Source: Gemmatimonadales bacterium
Lineage (GTDB): Bacteria > Gemmatimonadota > Gemmatimonadetes > Gemmatimonadales > GWC2-71-9
Direction: 5' to 3'
Assembly (NCBI GenBank): GCA_050183505.1
Contig: JBFXBG010000003.1
Span: 13,823-77,822, forward strand
DNA: 64,000 bases
The notes beneath the pieces were generated by a model, which was given only the letters and a program-made list of their open reading frames with translations, ran no database searches and was not told where the DNA came from. The number at the start of each line of letters is the position of its first letter. Within the stretch, counting starts at the first letter, position 1. Position numbers and translations under genes: made by a program. Below, one piece after another: positions 44,939 to 54,972 of the stretch.

Positions 44939-46578
44939 CGGATTCTCGCCACCGCCAGCCGGGGCACCAGCCCGGCGAAGCCGCTCCCGCCCTGCAGCCT
45001 GAGTCGAACCGCGTCGCTGTTTGCCGCCTGCGTCACCAGGGCGTGGTGGCCTGATCCTGCCCGGAGAACGCCGGTCCGGGAGTACGTCCCGTTGACGATG
45101 CCATCGGGGGTCAGCGGATAGGTCGGCGAGTACACCTGGGCCAGGTTCCAGCTCCGATAGGTGAGCCGGCCCGACGTGTTCGGGAAGCCGGGAACCCCTT
45201 CGAGATAGTTCGCCATCTGCCATTGGCCTACCAGGGTCGCGAACGTCTCTCCCGTCACCGCCTCGAGGTTGGCAGCGCCGGTCCGGTTGGTCTGCAGCAT
45301 GGCCCTGGTGAAGCCCGTCCCCAGGATGCTGTCGGTGGCGAAGTGGTCGGCCAGCCACCGGATAAAGAGCCAGCTCGCCCCGCGCTCGGCGATGGTCCCG
45401 AGGGAGCTTCCCGGATAGACCAGGAAACTCGCCTCCGTATTGGTCAGGTAGTCCTGGGCGTTCGCCAGATCTCCCAGTCCGGCGAACTGGGCGAGGCAGC
45501 TGGAGAACAGCGGGCACTCCGCATCGGGCAGCTGCCGTCCGCCGAGTTCCTCCGCAAAGTGCGAAAAGCCCTCATTCAGCCAGGTCTGTTCGGTTGCCCC
45601 GTTCCGGATCAGCACATGCTGGTTGAAACTGATCATGTGCTGGAACTCATGAATGAACGTCGGCGGGAGGAACCCCAGCGCGAAGTTGCGGGAAATGGTG
45701 CAGGTGGTGTTGTTCGGGTCCGGCACCAGCCCGTAGAAGATCTCACCCTGGTTCGAGTTCGGGTCGTTCACCAGGTCGAGGCCGAAGAAGTACCCCAGAA
45801 TGGCCGTCTGGGTCTGGTTGCAGCTGCCGCTCAGCAGATTCACCCGCGGCGTCAGCAGGATGATGACGACCCCATTGGCATCGAGATCGGATTCGCGCCC
45901 GAACGCGGTCGTGTCGATCTCGTACATGTTGGGCGATGCGCCGTCGAACAGCGCCCCGATCTGGTCGATCTCACCCTGCGTGTAGCCCGCCCCGGTGGGC
46001 AGGGTGTTGTCCTGGTAGATCGCTCCGCGGGCGCCGACGTATTGGGCCGTGGCCGTAACGTTCACGAACGAGTTGCAGGTCGTGCTCGAACAGACCTTGA
46101 AGGTCCGGACATCACCGATCTGTGGCGGAGCGGGAGGCACCAGCTGGGGCCGGGCGGGTATCCGCCGGGCGGGATCGGCCGCCAACGCCCGCTCGCGCGC
46201 CCGCAACATGAAATGGAACCCGGTGGCCGGGTCCGGCTTCGGCGCGGCCCCGGCGGACGGGCCGGGGCCCGGCGGGGCCGGTGTCGTTACGCTGCCGCTG
46301 GTCAGGGTGTACGACCCGGAGATGCCGTTCTGCACGACCTGAGGCGCGGCGGAGACCGCGGCCACCAGATACTGCGCACCCGCCGGTCCTGCGGCCGGGA
46401 TCTGGACACACCCCCCGTTGACCGTCGCATCGAGGATGACCGAGCCACCGGCGGCAAGGGTGATCGGGGTACTGGAGGTGCAGCCGGCCTGGCTGGTATC
46501 CGGCTTGGTTCCGCCGTCACAGGCCAGGAAGGCCGGGAGGGCAAGACCGATCAGGACTGCGGGACGGAACTGATGCAC
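44935..46578 (-). CDS. lipoprotein zinc metalloprotease (gluzincin-like HEFQH...NEG)
   Basis: GTG at 46578. Lipobox LPAFLAC. PTFIHEFQHMISF plus WLNEGFSHFAEE 20-odd residues downstream. Confidence 0.7.
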   Translation of the reverse strand: MHQFRPAVLIGLALPAFLACDGGTKPDTSQAGCTSSTPITLAAGGSVILDATVNGGCVQIPAAGPAGAQYLVAAVSAAPQVVQNGISGSYTLTSGSVTTPAPPGPGPSAGAAPKPDPATGFHFMLRARERALAADPARRIPARPQLVPPAPPQIGDVRTFKVCSSTTCNSFVNVTATAQYVGARGAIYQDNTLPTGAGYTQGEIDQIGALFDGASPNMYEIDTTAFGRESDLDANGVVIILLTPRVNLLSGSCNQTQTAILGYFFGLDLVNDPNSNQGEIFYGLVPDPNNTTCTISRNFALGFLPPTFIHEFQHMISFNQHVLIRNGATEQTWLNEGFSHFAEELGGRQLPDAECPLFSSCLAQFAGLGDLANAQDYLTNTEASFLVYPGSSLGTIAERGASWLFIRWLADHFATDSILGTGFTRAMLQTNRTGAANLEAVTGETFATLVGQWQMANYLEGVPGFPNTSGRLTYRSWNLAQVYSPTYPLTPDGIVNGTYSRTGVLRAGSGHHALVTQAANSDAVRLRLQGGSGFAGLVPRLAVARIR

Positions 46579-46637
46579 GGATGCCTCGGCTTGGGCAGGA
46601 AGGTCAGATGACGTAAGATAAGGCGTAGCAACAGGTT

Positions 46638-46666
46638 TTGACAATTGGAGACGCCGCGGGTAGCTT
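46638..46666 (+). promoter_or_regulatory. sigma-70-like promoter candidate upstream of hisIE
   Basis: TTGACA (46638..46643), 17-nt spacer, TAGCTT (46661..46666). Only about 6 nt before the GTG at 46673, which would imply a near-leaderless transcript. Confidence 0.2.
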
Positions 46667-46672
46667 CCCTCG

Positions 46673-47296
46673 GTGTCTTTGGAAACCTGGCTCGACTCGG
46701 TGCGATTCAGCCCGGATGGACTGGTCCCGGTGGTGACCCAGGACAGCCGGTCCGGCGACGTGCTCACGCTGGCCTGGGCCGACCGGAGGGCGCTGGAGCA
46801 GACCCTGGCCAGCGGGCTGGCCCATTATGCGGCCGCCCCGATCCAGCAGACCTCCGAGCCCGGCCCCGAGGTCACCGAGGTCCGCCTGGACTGTGACGGC
46901 GATGCCGTGCTCTACCGGGTCCGCCAGACCGGAGCCGCCTGTCACAGCGGGGAGCGGACCTGTTTTCATTCCCGGGTGGACAGCGAGGGCTCGCTGGTCG
47001 CCGAGCCGGACCCGGGCGGCCACCTGCTCCATCGGCTGAACGATATCATCCGGCGCCGCGCGGAGCGACGGCCCACCGGGTCCTACACGGTGTCGCTCCT
47101 CGACCGGGGGGTGCCCAAGGCGGCGCAGAAGGTCGGAGAAGAAGCGGTGGAAGTGGCGATCGCCGCGACGGCAGAATCGGAGGAACGGGTGGCGTCCGAG
47201 GCGGCCGACCTGCTCTATCACCTGCTGGTGCTGCTCAAGACCCGGGATGTGGACCTGGATGCCGTGTGGACGGAACTGGAAACGAGGTTCCGCTGA
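46673..47296 (+). CDS. hisIE: bifunctional phosphoribosyl-AMP cyclohydrolase / phosphoribosyl-ATP pyrophosphatase
   Basis: GLVPVVTQDSRSGDVLTLAW, RLDCDGDAVL...ACHSGERTCF (HisI) and SYTVSLLDRG..KAAQKVGEEAVEVAIAA...EAADLLYHLLVLL (HisE). The central HisI motif is aberrant (see findings). Confidence 0.8.
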   Translation: MSLETWLDSVRFSPDGLVPVVTQDSRSGDVLTLAWADRRALEQTLASGLAHYAAAPIQQTSEPGPEVTEVRLDCDGDAVLYRVRQTGAACHSGERTCFHSRVDSEGSLVAEPDPGGHLLHRLNDIIRRRAERRPTGSYTVSLLDRGVPKAAQKVGEEAVEVAIAATAESEERVASEAADLLYHLLVLLKTRDVDLDAVWTELETRFR

Positions 47297-47323
47297 CAGG
47301 CAGACGATACGGAAATCAGCGCA

Positions 47324-47381
47324 CGCGGACGGCGCTGAGGCAGGCAGATCGCGCTCTCCTCCGCGCCTCCGCGTCTCCGCG
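47324..47381. repeat. degenerate inverted purine/pyrimidine heptamer-like arms
   Basis: gcggacggcgctgaggcaggcaga versus tctcctccgcgcctccgcgtctccgc, between hisIE and dnaE. Weak. Confidence 0.35.
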
Positions 47382-47420
47382 GTGAGAGCCTGACGCACCG
47401 CCCTCGCAGAATAGACGGTC

Positions 47421-50400
47421 ATGGCGTTCGTTCATCTCCATACGCATTCCGAGTTCTCCCTGCTCGACGGAGCCAACCGGATTCAGGACCTGGTGGCCCA
47501 TGTCAGGAAACTCGGCATGGACAGCCTGGCCGTTACCGACCACGGCAACATGTACGCCGCCTGGGCGTTCTACGAACAGGCCCGGAAGCAGGGAATCCGC
47601 CCGATTCTGGGATTCGAGGCCTATCTGGCCTTCGGTCCCCGGACCAGCCAGGCCAAACCGCCCGGCGCGCCGTCGCAGTACAGCCACCTGGTCCTGCTGG
47701 CGAAAAACCGGGAAGGCTACCGGAACCTGGTGCGGCTCACGTCGATCGGGTTTACCGAGGGGTTCTACCGCCGGCCCCGGATCGACCGGGAAGTACTGGA
47801 GAAGTACTCCGACGGTATCGTCTGCCTGGCCGCGTGTCTTTCGGGTGAAGTCGCGCTCTGGCTCCGGCAGGGGAACTACGAGGAAGCGAAGAAGACCGCG
47901 CAGTACTTCGCCGGCCTGTTCGGGCCGGGCGGCTTCTGGCTCGAAATCCAGAAACACGGCATCCCGGAAGAAGACCTGGTCACCGAAGGCATGCTGCGCC
48001 TCGGCCGGGAACTTGGCATCGGCGTGGTCGCCACCAACGACGCCCACTACCTGCGCCGGGAGGATGCCGAGGCGCATGACGTGCTGCTGGCCATCGGCAC
48101 GGGCGCCGATCTGGACGACCCCAAACGGTTCCGGTTCGTGGGACAGGAGTCCTACGTCAAGACCGAACAGGAGATGCAGGCGCTGTTTCCGGAGCATCCG
48201 GAGGCCCTGGAAAACACCCAGACCGTCGCCAACGCCTGCGAGTTCAGTTTCGACAAGCAGTACTTCGTTCCGCAGTTCCCCCGCCCGGAAGCCTACACCA
48301 GCGATGAAGCCCTGCTCGAGTCCCTGGCGCGCAAGGGCGCGGAGGCGCGCTACGGCACGCCCCTCCCCGGAAACGTGCGGGAGCGGCTGGATTACGAGCT
48401 GGGTGTCATCAACAAGGCGGGATACGCGGGCTATTTTCTCATCGTCCAGGATTTCATCTCGGCGGCGCGGGCCCGCGGCATTCCGGTGGGTCCGGGCCGC
48501 GGTTCGGCCGCCGGGTCGCTGGTCGCCTACGGGCTCGGCATCACCAACGTCGACCCCTTGCGGTTCGATCTGCTGTTCGAGCGGTTTCTGAACCCCGAAC
48601 GCGTGTCCATGCCGGACATCGACGTGGACTTCTGTTTCGAGCGCCGGGGCGAGGTGATCGAGTATGTCCGGGAGCGGTACGGCCGGAGCAGCGTGGGCCA
48701 GATCATCACCTTCGGGACCATGAAAGCCCGCGCCGCCGTGAAGGACGTGGCGCGGGTGCTCAAGATCCCGCCGGCGGAAGCGGACAAGATCACCAAGCTC
48801 ATCCCTTCCGGCCCGGCCTACAGCCTGACGATTCCCGAGGCGGTGAACCGGATCGACGAGCTGAAGGACCTGACCCGGCAGGACCAGGTGTACCAGCGGC
48901 TGGTCAACCTGAGTTCCCGGATCGAGGGCATTTCACGGCACGCCTCGGTGCACGCCGCGGGAGTCGTGATCGCGCCCGGGCCGCTCTCCGAGTATGTCCC
49001 GGTCTGTACCGCGCCGACCAAGGGCGCCGGACAGGCGGCCGACGGCGAGGACGCCATCATCACCCAGTTCGACATGGTGGCGCTCGAGAAGGTCGGCATG
49101 CTCAAGATGGACATGCTGGGCCTCAAGACGCTCACCGTGATTCACGACGCCGTGCGGATGATCCACGACCGGCACGGGAGCGCGCCGGACATGGACGCGC
49201 TGCCGTTCGACGACCCCGAAGTGTACGCGCTGCTCCGGAAGGGCCGGACCGCCGGCGTCTTCCAGTTCGAATCGGCGCTGGCGACCGAAACCCTCCGGTC
49301 CATGAAGTGCGACCGGTTCGACGACCTGGTCGCGTCCAATGCCCTGCTCCGCCCCGGCCCGCTGGACGCCGGCATGCACACGGTGTTCATCCGGCGGAAG
49401 CTGGGCCAGGAAGCGGTGAGCTACCCGCATCCGGACCTGAAGGAAGTCCTGGAACCGACGTACGGCGTCATCACCTATCAGGAACAGGTGATGCGGATCG
49501 CCAACGTGCTGGCCGGGTTCAGCCTGGCCGAAGCCGACGTGCTGCGGAAGGCGGTCGGCAAGAAGGACCCCGAACTCATCCGGCAGCAGCTGGACCAGTT
49601 CATCGAGCGGGCCGTCGCGCTGGGCCACCAGCGCCGGGTGATCGAGGACATCGCGGCCCAGATCGAGACCTTCGGCCGCTACGGCTTCAACAAGTCCCAC
49701 TCGGTCGCCTATTCCGTCCTGTCGTACCAGACGGCCTGGCTCAAGGCGCACTATCCGGCCGAGTTCATGGCGGCTCTCCTGTCCTCGGAAATCGGCAGTA
49801 CCGACAAGGTGGTCCAGTACATCAACGAGGCGCGCGAGCTGGGCCTCGAGGTGCTGCCGCCCAGCGTGAACGAATCGGGATTCAAGTTCACCGTCGTGGG
49901 AGACCGCCGGATCCGCTTCGGGCTCGGAGCCGTGCGCAACGTGGGGTACGGTGCCATCGAATCGATCATCGACGCGCGGCACTCGGCGCCCTTCACCACG
50001 CTGGACGATTTCGTCGGGCGGATCGACCTCCGGCTCTGCAACAAGCGGGTGCTGGAATCGCTCATCGCCGCCGGCGCGTGCGACAACCTGGGCGGCCACC
50101 GGGCCCAGCTCATCGCCGCGCTGGACAGCACCCTGGCCGAGGCACAGCTGCAGCAGCAGGACCGGGAAGCCGGCCAGGCCTCCCTGTTCGGTGAAGCAGC
50201 ACCGGACGAGAATCCGCCGCAGCGGGCTCTGCCCGACCTGCCCCAGTGGACCGAGGCCGAGCGGCTGGCCCGGGAGAAGGAAGTGATCGGGTTCTTCATT
50301 TCCGGCCACCCTCTGGCGCGATTCCGTCATGAGGTGGAACTTTTCGGAACCCGGACGACCGCCACGCTGGCCGAATGGAGCGAGCACCAGGTGACGGTCG

Positions 50401-50903
50401 CGGCGGTGGTGACCGCCATCAAGCGACAGACCTCCCGGAAGACCGGCAAGGAATACGCCCGGCTCACTCTGGAGGACTTTCACGGCACGGCCGAAGGCCT
50501 GGTGTTTCCCGACGCCTGGTCGCGCCTGAACCAGACGATCCAGGTGGACGCGGCGTTGCTGCTCACCGGGGGCTTCAGCCTGCGGGACCGGGGAGAAGAG
50601 CGGGCCCCCTTCGTCGTGGAGGGCGCCCAGCCCCTGGAAGAACTCAAGCAGAACGGCTCCATCGGGTTGAGCCTCCGCTGGAAGGGGCCGGCGGCGCCGC
50701 CGCCGGAGCAGGTCCGGGCCGCGGTGGCCCTCTGCAGCAGCCACCCGGGACCCGTCCCCCTCTATATTGAATGGAGTGACGGCAACGGCGAGTCCCTCCG
50801 GCTGCGTTCCCGCAGCGTGCGCGTGGCCGCCGACGAAGATCTGCTCCAGGGGCTCCGGGATCTGCTGGGCTCCACCGCGGTCTCCTACGTCAAGGCAGGC
50901 TGA
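47421..50903 (+). CDS. dnaE: DNA polymerase III alpha subunit
   Basis: PHP N-terminus [16 protein letters not shown], polymerase core [12 protein letters not shown]..., 1160 aa. Confidence 0.96.
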   Translation: MAFVHLHTHSEFSLLDGANRIQDLVAHVRKLGMDSLAVTDHGNMYAAWAFYEQARKQGIRPILGFEAYLAFGPRTSQAKPPGAPSQYSHLVLLAKNREGYRNLVRLTSIGFTEGFYRRPRIDREVLEKYSDGIVCLAACLSGEVALWLRQGNYEEAKKTAQYFAGLFGPGGFWLEIQKHGIPEEDLVTEGMLRLGRELGIGVVATNDAHYLRREDAEAHDVLLAIGTGADLDDPKRFRFVGQESYVKTEQEMQALFPEHPEALENTQTVANACEFSFDKQYFVPQFPRPEAYTSDEALLESLARKGAEARYGTPLPGNVRERLDYELGVINKAGYAGYFLIVQDFISAARARGIPVGPGRGSAAGSLVAYGLGITNVDPLRFDLLFERFLNPERVSMPDIDVDFCFERRGEVIEYVRERYGRSSVGQIITFGTMKARAAVKDVARVLKIPPAEADKITKLIPSGPAYSLTIPEAVNRIDELKDLTRQDQVYQRLVNLSSRIEGISRHASVHAAGVVIAPGPLSEYVPVCTAPTKGAGQAADGEDAIITQFDMVALEKVGMLKMDMLGLKTLTVIHDAVRMIHDRHGSAPDMDALPFDDPEVYALLRKGRTAGVFQFESALATETLRSMKCDRFDDLVASNALLRPGPLDAGMHTVFIRRKLGQEAVSYPHPDLKEVLEPTYGVITYQEQVMRIANVLAGFSLAEADVLRKAVGKKDPELIRQQLDQFIERAVALGHQRRVIEDIAAQIETFGRYGFNKSHSVAYSVLSYQTAWLKAHYPAEFMAALLSSEIGSTDKVVQYINEARELGLEVLPPSVNESGFKFTVVGDRRIRFGLGAVRNVGYGAIESIIDARHSAPFTTLDDFVGRIDLRLCNKRVLESLIAAGACDNLGGHRAQLIAALDSTLAEAQLQQQDREAGQASLFGEAAPDENPPQRALPDLPQWTEAERLAREKEVIGFFISGHPLARFRHEVELFGTRTTATLAEWSEHQVTVAAVVTAIKRQTSRKTGKEYARLTLEDFHGTAEGLVFPDAWSRLNQTIQVDAALLLTGGFSLRDRGEERAPFVVEGAQPLEELKQNGSIGLSLRWKGPAAPPPEQVRAAVALCSSHPGPVPLYIEWSDGNGESLRLRSRSVRVAADEDLLQGLRDLLGSTAVSYVKAG

Positions 50904-50907
50904 AACG

Positions 50908-51870
50908 ATGGCAACCGCCCATACGCTGGAGTTCGAAAAGCCCCTCCTCGAGCTGGAGAAGCAGATCGAGGAGCTCAAGCGGATCGGGGCCGAGCGCCAG
51001 ATCGACGTGAGCCAGGAGCTGGAATCGCTGGAGAAGCGGCTGGGCACGCACCGCGCCGAGATCTACCGCACCCTCACGCCGATGCAGCGGGTGATGGTGG
51101 CGCGGCACCCCCGGCGCCCGTACACGCTGGATTATCTGAGTACGATCTTCACCGACTTCATCGAACTGCACGGAGACCGGCTCTATCGGGACGATCCGGC
51201 GATCGTCGGCGGCTGGGCCCGGCTCGACGGTCAGTCGGTCATGGTGATCGGTCATCAGAAGGGGCGCGACACCAAGGACAACCTGAAGCGCAATTTCGGC
51301 ATGGCCCATCCGGAGGGATACCGGAAGGCGCTCCGCCTGATGCACCTGGCCGCCAAGTTCAATGCCCCGGTCATTACCCTGATCGATACTCCCGGCGCCT
51401 ACCCCGGGCTGGGTGCGGAGGAACGGGGGCAGTCCGAGGCCTTGGCCCGCAACATCCTCGAGATGGCGTCCCTGCCCACGCCGATCGTGGCGGTCGTCAT
51501 CGGCGAAGGCGGATCGGGCGGCGCCCTCGCCCTGGGCGTGGCCGACCGGATCCTGATGCTGGAGAACTCGGTCTACAGCGTCATCTCTCCCGAAGGCTGC
51601 GCCGCCATCCTGTGGAAGGACGCCGCCCAGCGGGAACGGGCGGCCGAGGCCCTGAAACTCACCGCCCAGGACCTGATCGATCTCAAGGTGATCGACGAGA
51701 TCATTCCCGAGCCCGTGGGCGGTGCCCACGTGGATCCCGACGCCACCGGTGAGGCGGTCCGCACGGCGCTGATCACCCACATGAACGACCTGCGCAAGGT
51801 CAAGGCCGAGAAACTGGTCCGGCGCCGGGCGGAGAAGTTCGCCGGGATGGGGATGGTGCAGGAAGTGTGA
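50908..51870 (+). CDS. accA: acetyl-CoA carboxylase carboxyltransferase alpha subunit
   Basis: [44 protein letters not shown] at 50908, 4 nt after the dnaE stop. Confidence 0.93.
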   Translation: MATAHTLEFEKPLLELEKQIEELKRIGAERQIDVSQELESLEKRLGTHRAEIYRTLTPMQRVMVARHPRRPYTLDYLSTIFTDFIELHGDRLYRDDPAIVGGWARLDGQSVMVIGHQKGRDTKDNLKRNFGMAHPEGYRKALRLMHLAAKFNAPVITLIDTPGAYPGLGAEERGQSEALARNILEMASLPTPIVAVVIGEGGSGGALALGVADRILMLENSVYSVISPEGCAAILWKDAAQRERAAEALKLTAQDLIDLKVIDEIIPEPVGGAHVDPDATGEAVRTALITHMNDLRKVKAEKLVRRRAEKFAGMGMVQEV

Positions 51871-51940
51871 GAGAAGTGAGAAGTGAGAAGTGAGAAGGGA
51901 GAAGGGAGAAGGGAGAAGTGAGAAGTGAGAAGGAGGGGGG
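51869..51940. repeat. 10-unit heptamer array (GAGAGAA, GTGAGAA x3, GGGAGAA x3, GTGAGAA x2, GGAGGGG)
   Basis: Read directly. Starts in the accA stop codon. A degenerate complementary arm lies at about 52048..52091, abutting the PSP1 ATG. Confidence 0.92.
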
Positions 51941-52091
51941 AGTGGCAGGTGAGGATCGGTGGTGAGGGGCTGGGTCACTGGGATGAGTTCCCGACGATAA
52001 GGCGTTGGAGAACGTGAGCAGCGGAGCGGCGGAGATGCCCGAGCGGCATTTCTCTCACTCCTTGCTGCGTTACGTCTCCCTGCTTCTTTTC

Positions 52092-53129
52092 ATGCAGACT
52101 ATCGAAGTTCGGTTCAAGGGCAACCGGAAAGCCCTGCATAAATGGTCCCATGAGGACGAGCCCCTGCGGATGCAGGAGGCCGTCATCGTGGAGACCGATC
52201 GCGGGCTGGATCTGGGCCGGGTGAGCGCGGTGGGCGACGCCGCCGCGAAGAAATGCGGCTCCTGCGCCACGGGATGCGGCGTGCCGGATACGCCTCCGCC
52301 GCCGATGCGAATCGTGGTGCGCCGCGCCAGCCAGGAGGAGATCCGGACCTCCAACGAACTCCGCAAATCCGAAGAAGACGTCCGGCGCAAGGTGATCGAA
52401 AAGGTGCGCCAGCACCAGCTCACCATGAAGGTGAGCGACGCCGAGTGGCAGTGGGACCGGAACAAGCTCACCGTCTATTTCACCGCCGAGAAGCGGGTCG
52501 ACTTCCGGTCCCTGGTCCGGGATCTGGCCGGCCTGTTCCGGACCCGGATCGAACTGCGTCAGATCGGGGTCCGGGATGAAGCCGCCCGGCTCTCCGGGAT
52601 CGGCCGATGCGGCCGCGAGTACTGCTGCTCGACCTGGCTCACCGAGCTGTCCCCCGTGAGCCTGAGCCTCGCCAAGGACCAGCACCTCTCCCTCAATCCG
52701 CAGCAGATCAGCGGCGGCTGCGGCCGGCTGCTCTGCTGCCTCAAGTACGAGCACGATTTCTACGTCGCGGCGCGGAAGCGGTTTCCCAAGGAAGGGCGTG
52801 CCCTGCAGACCGCCCTGGGGCAGGAACGCGTCGTGGCCGTGGATATCTTCCGGGAGCGGGTCTTTCTCCGGAGCGAGGAACACGGCCCCCGGATCATCTC
52901 GCTGGTCCAGCTGCGGGAGGAAGTCGAACCCCTCCCGGGTGTCCGCCCGGCCGTCGAGACCCGACCGGCCGAACCCGCGCGGCCCGTCCCCGAATCCGCG
53001 GCGCCGGCGCCGGACGCGCCCCGGACCGACCGGCCGCCTCGTTCCCGCCGGCGCCGGGGTCGCCGCCGCCGCGGGGGCGGGGGTCTGGGCGGCAACCTGG
53101 GCGGGCCGGATGACGAGAAGAAGGACTAG
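52092..53129 (+). CDS. PSP1 C-terminal domain protein (RicT/YaaT-like)
   Basis: KLTVYFTAEKRVDFRSLVRDLAGLFRTRIELRQIG...GRCGREYCCSTWL...GGCGRLLCCLKYE. Confidence 0.85.
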   Translation: MQTIEVRFKGNRKALHKWSHEDEPLRMQEAVIVETDRGLDLGRVSAVGDAAAKKCGSCATGCGVPDTPPPPMRIVVRRASQEEIRTSNELRKSEEDVRRKVIEKVRQHQLTMKVSDAEWQWDRNKLTVYFTAEKRVDFRSLVRDLAGLFRTRIELRQIGVRDEAARLSGIGRCGREYCCSTWLTELSPVSLSLAKDQHLSLNPQQISGGCGRLLCCLKYEHDFYVAARKRFPKEGRALQTALGQERVVAVDIFRERVFLRSEEHGPRIISLVQLREEVEPLPGVRPAVETRPAEPARPVPESAAPAPDAPRTDRPPRSRRRRGRRRRGGGGLGGNLGGPDDEKKD

Positions 53130-53142
53130 AACCACGACCGAC

Positions 53143-53212
53143 GAGGGCCGAGGACTGAGCCGCCACGCGTAACGAGTGAAGGACGGAGGTGGGGACTCGG
53201 TCCTCAGCCCTC
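53143..53212. repeat. short inverted CTGAGGA-family hairpin
   Basis: gagggccgaggactgag ... ctcggtcctcagccctc (reverse complement gagggctgaggaccgag). Between PSP1 and metG. Confidence 0.75.
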
Positions 53213-53242
53213 GGTCCCGGGTCGTTCTTTCTCCCGAGAACC

Positions 53243-54769
53243 ATGTCGAAATACTACCTGACCACCGCCATCGACTATGCCAACGGCGACCCCCACCTGG
53301 GGCATGCCCTGGAAAAGGTCGGGGCAGACTGCATCGCCCGCTACCGCCGGTTCCGGGGTGACCAGGTGCATTTCGTCATGGGGATGGATGAGCACAGCCA
53401 GTCGGTGATGCAGGCCGCCGAGAAGGCGGGCGTCAGTCCGCAGGAGTGGGTGGACCGCATGTCCGCCACCTTCGCCGATTTCTGGCGCAGGCTCGACTGC
53501 ACCCACGACGACTGGATCCGGACCACCGAGCCGCGCCACGCGGCCGCGGTAACCGCCCTGCTGACCCGGATCCGGGAACGTGCGCCCGACGATCTCTTCG
53601 TGGCCGAGTACGAGGGCCTGTACTGCACCGGATGCGAGGAGTTCAAGCAGGAAGCCCAGATCGCGGACGGCCGGTGCATCGAGCACCCGACCCTCGAGCT
53701 GGTGCGCAAGCGGGAGCGCAACCACTTCTTCCGGCTCAGCCGCTACGGCGAACGGTTGCTTCAGCTCATCGGCGGCGGGGAGCTGAGCGTGGAGCCGGGC
53801 TTCCGGCGCAACGAGGTGCTGCGGCTGCTGGAAGGCGGGCTGGAGGACATTTCGATCTCCCGCCAGCGGCTGCCCTGGGGGATTCCGTTCCCCGATGACC
53901 CGGGCCAGACGGTCTATGTCTGGTTCGATGCCCTGATCAACTATCTCTCCGCGACCGGGTTCCCCGAGCCGGGTTACGACCGGCTGTGGCCGGCGGACCT
54001 GCATATCGTCGGGAAGGGGATCACCCGTTTCCACTGCGTGGTGTGGCCCGCCATGCTGCTGGGGGCCGGCCTGGCGCTGCCCCGGAAGGTCTGGGCTCAC
54101 GGGTACGTCCAGTGGCAGGGGGCCAAGATGTCCAAGACCGCCGGTACCGCGGTCGATCTGGCCGGCGCCATGGCCCGCCACGGGCCGGACGCCCTGCGTT
54201 ACTTCCTGCTGCGGGAGGTCGGGTTTACCAACGACGGCGACTTCACCTGGGAGCGCTTCGACGAGCGCTATACCGCGGAACTGGCGGACGGATTCGGCAA
54301 CCTTGCCTCCCGTTCCCTCGCGATGATCGAGAAATACCGGGCCGGGAAAGTGCCCGAGGGGGGGCAGAGCAGCGGCCTGGAAACCGCCGGGCTGGCGGCT
54401 GCCGAAGGCTATGCCCAGGCCATGGACCGGCTGGACCTCCGGGGCGGGGCGGAGGCGGCCTGGGGGCTCATTACTGCAGCCAACCAGTATATCGTGCAGA
54501 ATGCACCGTGGTCCCTGGCCAAACAGGGCAAGGACAAGGAGTTGGATGAGGTCCTGGCGAGCCTGGGACGGTGCCTCGCCCGCCTGGCGGTGCTGACGAG
54601 TCCCTTCATCCCCGGCAAGGCGGCGGCTCTCTGGGACGCCCTGGGGGCCGCGGCCGGGCTTGCGTCCACTTCCTGGGAAACTGTGCAGTCCCCTGCAGTG
54701 GCGGGCCAAGTCGTGCAGAAGCCGGAGGGTCTGTTTCCCAAGCCTGCCGCGGGCCAATCAACTACTTGA
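53243..54769 (+). CDS. metG: methionine--tRNA ligase
   Basis: YANGDPHLGHALE (HIGH-type) and GAKMSKTAG (KMSKS) class I motifs. Confidence 0.93.
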   Translation: MSKYYLTTAIDYANGDPHLGHALEKVGADCIARYRRFRGDQVHFVMGMDEHSQSVMQAAEKAGVSPQEWVDRMSATFADFWRRLDCTHDDWIRTTEPRHAAAVTALLTRIRERAPDDLFVAEYEGLYCTGCEEFKQEAQIADGRCIEHPTLELVRKRERNHFFRLSRYGERLLQLIGGGELSVEPGFRRNEVLRLLEGGLEDISISRQRLPWGIPFPDDPGQTVYVWFDALINYLSATGFPEPGYDRLWPADLHIVGKGITRFHCVVWPAMLLGAGLALPRKVWAHGYVQWQGAKMSKTAGTAVDLAGAMARHGPDALRYFLLREVGFTNDGDFTWERFDERYTAELADGFGNLASRSLAMIEKYRAGKVPEGGQSSGLETAGLAAAEGYAQAMDRLDLRGGAEAAWGLITAANQYIVQNAPWSLAKQGKDKELDEVLASLGRCLARLAVLTSPFIPGKAAALWDALGAAAGLASTSWETVQSPAVAGQVVQKPEGLFPKPAAGQSTT

Positions 54770-54800
54770 CAGTCAAGTACTTGGACGTGTCCTTCCGGCC

Positions 54801-54829
54801 TTGACATCGCTCCGGACGGGGATCATACT
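54801..54829 (+). promoter_or_regulatory. sigma-70-like promoter candidate upstream of the M23 peptidase
   Basis: TTGACA (54801..54806), 17-nt spacer, CATACT (54824..54829). Would give a leader of about 140 nt. Confidence 0.25.
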
Positions 54830-54972
54830 CACCCCGCCGCTTTCCGGTCTCCAGGATCCGGCCGGCTTTCCGGGCCCGGTCCGGCAGCAGATTTGCTTTG
54901 GAACAGGGTTGTCCCTGGTCAACTTGCAGCCGGTGCGCCCCGAAGGCGCGCCCAGAATCCGTGAATTGGGTC

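Noticed and set aside
48933-51047. 704-aa minus-strand ORF, with similar long antisense ORFs at 16479..18146, 35876..37825, 38469..39788 and 53204..54757
   Set aside because: All lie opposite strongly supported genes (dnaE, the kinase, lipB/Moco, the M20 peptidase, metG). All have shadow-ORF composition.
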